Of a stretch of DNA of 64,000 nt, positions 61,784-64,000 are shown piece by piece. The translations under genes were made by a program, and so were the position numbers. Every line of letters starts with the position of its first letter. Positions within the stretch are counted from its first letter, which is position 1. The notes under the pieces were generated by a model. That model did not search any database. It was not told the origin of the DNA and saw only the letters and a list, made by a program, of their open reading frames with translations. Source of the stretch: Leidyana gryllorum EB-2025a (Eukaryota > Protista > Apicomplexa); contig JBLWGC010000186.1 of assembly GCA_048772705.1 (NCBI GenBank), positions 28,303 to 92,302 of the forward strand. Direction: 5' to 3'.

Positions 61784-63765
61784 CTATGGAGTTCCGAACT
61801 CTTCCCTCTCATCGTGGGGGAACACTTCTCGATGTATACTGAGGGGACAGACGGCCGGCAACGTCACAGGCACATCCAAATACTCCAACTCTTTGAACCG
61901 CTGACTCAGCAGCATCCGACCGAGCCACCAATTGGGGGTAAGAATCGTTGCGATCTCGTCGAACAGTCCGCCAACAGCAATCTGAGCCTCCCGTGGTGTG
62001 GCTTCCAACATTTCAGAGTACCACTGACTAATGATTGACTGTGGAACGCTGTAGGAGAAAGTGGTTAAGTGAGTCTTTGACTCCGCGTGAACAATCTGTT
62101 CTCGCAGGCGTGCCCACGCGTCCGGGTGGTCAGCGGATTGAGCTCTCAGATACGGACCACTTTCTTCAGGGGAAAACCCGACGAATCTCAGCACGGCCTG
62201 GAGAGTGGCATCAGTATACATCCCGGAGACGAGTTCTAATTGGACTTTGGGCCACGGATAGTGCAAAAGCGCCGCAGCTTGGAGACCGAATCGGATACGA
62301 ATACCTTTTCGCTGCCAAATAGAATGGCCGACCAGAAACCAATCCATCAATTTCGTGATCTTCAAAGGGATTCCGGTGACCCCGATATATTGGATTTGAC
62401 ACTCTTCAATCAATCGTCGCATTTCTTCCGGCGAGTCCTCCCGTTCGGTATGAAGGCATAACACGCGAACACAATCGGGAGGGCAACAAAGACGATTCTT
62501 CTCAGACAACGCGGCATAGATCGCCCACCCCTGTAGAGGCAACTCGATGCGCTTTAGATTTGGGAAGGGTAAAGCTTCAATTGAGTCTTCCATCAACGTC
62601 GGCTGAGACGACTCGTTGACATACAGAAGCCGTGTCACCTCGGACAAATTGAATGGATACTGGGTGTCGGTGGCACTCAAATAGGCGGTGCGATCACTCT
62701 GCCGCCCCGTGTATGTGGGAGGGTACACAGCAGGAGGTTCGGTCAGTGGCAGCGCCCTCCACCTGAGAGGAAGTGACTCCAAATCCCGAGTTTCGGCCAA
62801 CCGAAACCATCCCAAGCTCGAACGAACGCGCGACAGAACAGTACCATTTCCTCGAGTCTCGTTGACAATTCTCTGAGCGCGTAAAGAGGTCCAAGAGTGT
62901 CCTCGACATAGTATGCTACGGCACGGCTGATGCGTATGGCGTTCTCGATCGGTCCACTCTCTGATGAGGTATTCCAAGAGCTTCTGCGACCCTCTGAGCT
63001 GATTTTAAGTGAATCCCTTCAGTACACTCACCTCGGACACTTCGGCCACGTGCGTGTCCTTTCGTTGTGTAATTCCAGTTGGTCCATTGTCCAATTTCGC
63101 GCCTCCGGCAAATATTCCACCAGGAAACGAGACGTTCTCCACCCCCCGTCCACCACTGAAACGGGGATGTCTACAGTCCTGAGACACCAATAATTGAATC
63201 TGGGCTTCGTCACCGCTACGATCCGTTCATTGGGGCCGTCCCCCAGAATCACACGCAGCGCAACCGCCAAATCGTGTTGAATGAAAGGAAGTTGGTTCCG
63301 GTGGACAGCTAGACACTCCAACATAGGAGCATCGATATGCAACGACCCTTCTGACAAGTCCCAGCTTGTTATATCCAAAGACTTCAAGTTGGGGAAACTG
63401 AAGGTGCAACTCTGCGACGACCCCCCCCTTGGAAAGGTTGCGCCTATATCTGCCTCTTCGAGCCTTGGAGTGCCCCATTCGCACATCTTTTGCAATAGAT
63501 CTGTGACCATCAGCTTAGTATTTTTATATCCATGCCAATGGAGCACTTCCAAGTGGGGGCACGATCGGCGAAGCCATGCTTCGAACCAAGAGGCGCGTTG
63601 CACCCAGGCCCACTGTGTGGCTGTGAGACTAACCTGCCGCGCAATCAAGAGAGACGTTTCCGAATGAAGTATGTTGTGTGTCTGTTTGGACAGTCCGGCC
63701 ATTCTTGTCAACTCCCATGGGGGTAGGAACTCCAGAATTTGGGTCCAAAAGTGGTCGCTTAGCAT
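61784..63765 (-). CDS. F-box/LRR-like protein, copy 2
   Basis: Intact paralog of 58109-60090. Confidence 0.55.
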
Positions 63766-64000
63766 TCGTCTGCACCAAAGATCGAAGAAGTTGTCTGCAC
63801 ACACTCGTGTGCTGACTGTAGAAAGTTGCCGTGCAACATCGTGGGGTCGTGCCGTTCAGCTTTCCGATGCAATATTGTAGTCTGGCGACAGCTGGAAGCC
63901 TTGTTTTACATGTCTCGCTCTCCACGATCTACGTCAAGTTCGTCGTAATGAATGTTCCAGGCAAAGCGCGCAAGACGTTCCGCTCACCGGAGGAAACTTA

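Larger units (their letters stand above)
60351..63980. repeat. Tandem segmental repeat, unit 2
   Basis: Offset 3671-3677 nt from unit 1; same ORF set. Confidence 0.95.

Noticed and set aside
56680-63980. Repeat units as LTRs or a transposon
   Set aside because: Units are directly adjacent, with no RT, integrase or transposase and no terminal repeats or TSD seen.
1-64000. Alternative genetic code, non-canonical introns, CRISPR, rRNA or tRNA
   Set aside because: The interruptions I traced in conserved genes resolve with GT-AG introns under the standard code; no repeat-spacer array or structural RNA gene was recognised.

Overview
Gene-dense eukaryotic DNA with short GT-AG introns (mostly about 40-60 nt). 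Gene content suggests an alveolate, most plausibly a gregarine-type apicomplexan (inference). From 1 to 35 kb it carries tightly packed spliced housekeeping genes: two polypeptide GalNAc-transferases, prefoldin 4, a PHD-ELM2 protein, DNA polymerase epsilon subunit B, ProA, a TH1/NELF-C/D-like protein, a CWF19-like protein, a PCGF-like RING-RAWUL protein, a CTD-type phosphatase, a TPR protein and SMC1. Adjacent CDSs are often only about 30 nt apart. 35.3-46.1 kb encodes a ~3,570-aa membrane protein with a signal peptide, mucin tract, cadherin-like sandwiches, an array of RRL/PEXEL-like motifs, multiple TM helices, MORN repeats and C2 domains. The last 18 kb is accessory-like. It holds an M1 aminopeptidase lacking GAMEN, two tandem intronless alcohol dehydrogenases with gene-conversion tracts, a candidate 25-aa CC-terminated micropeptide, a vWA/TRAP-like adhesin, a possible retro-integrase relic, and a ~3.67-kb tandemly repeated two-gene cassette (F-box/LRR-like gene plus small membrane gene). 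All exon joins and family calls were made by eye; no searches were run.
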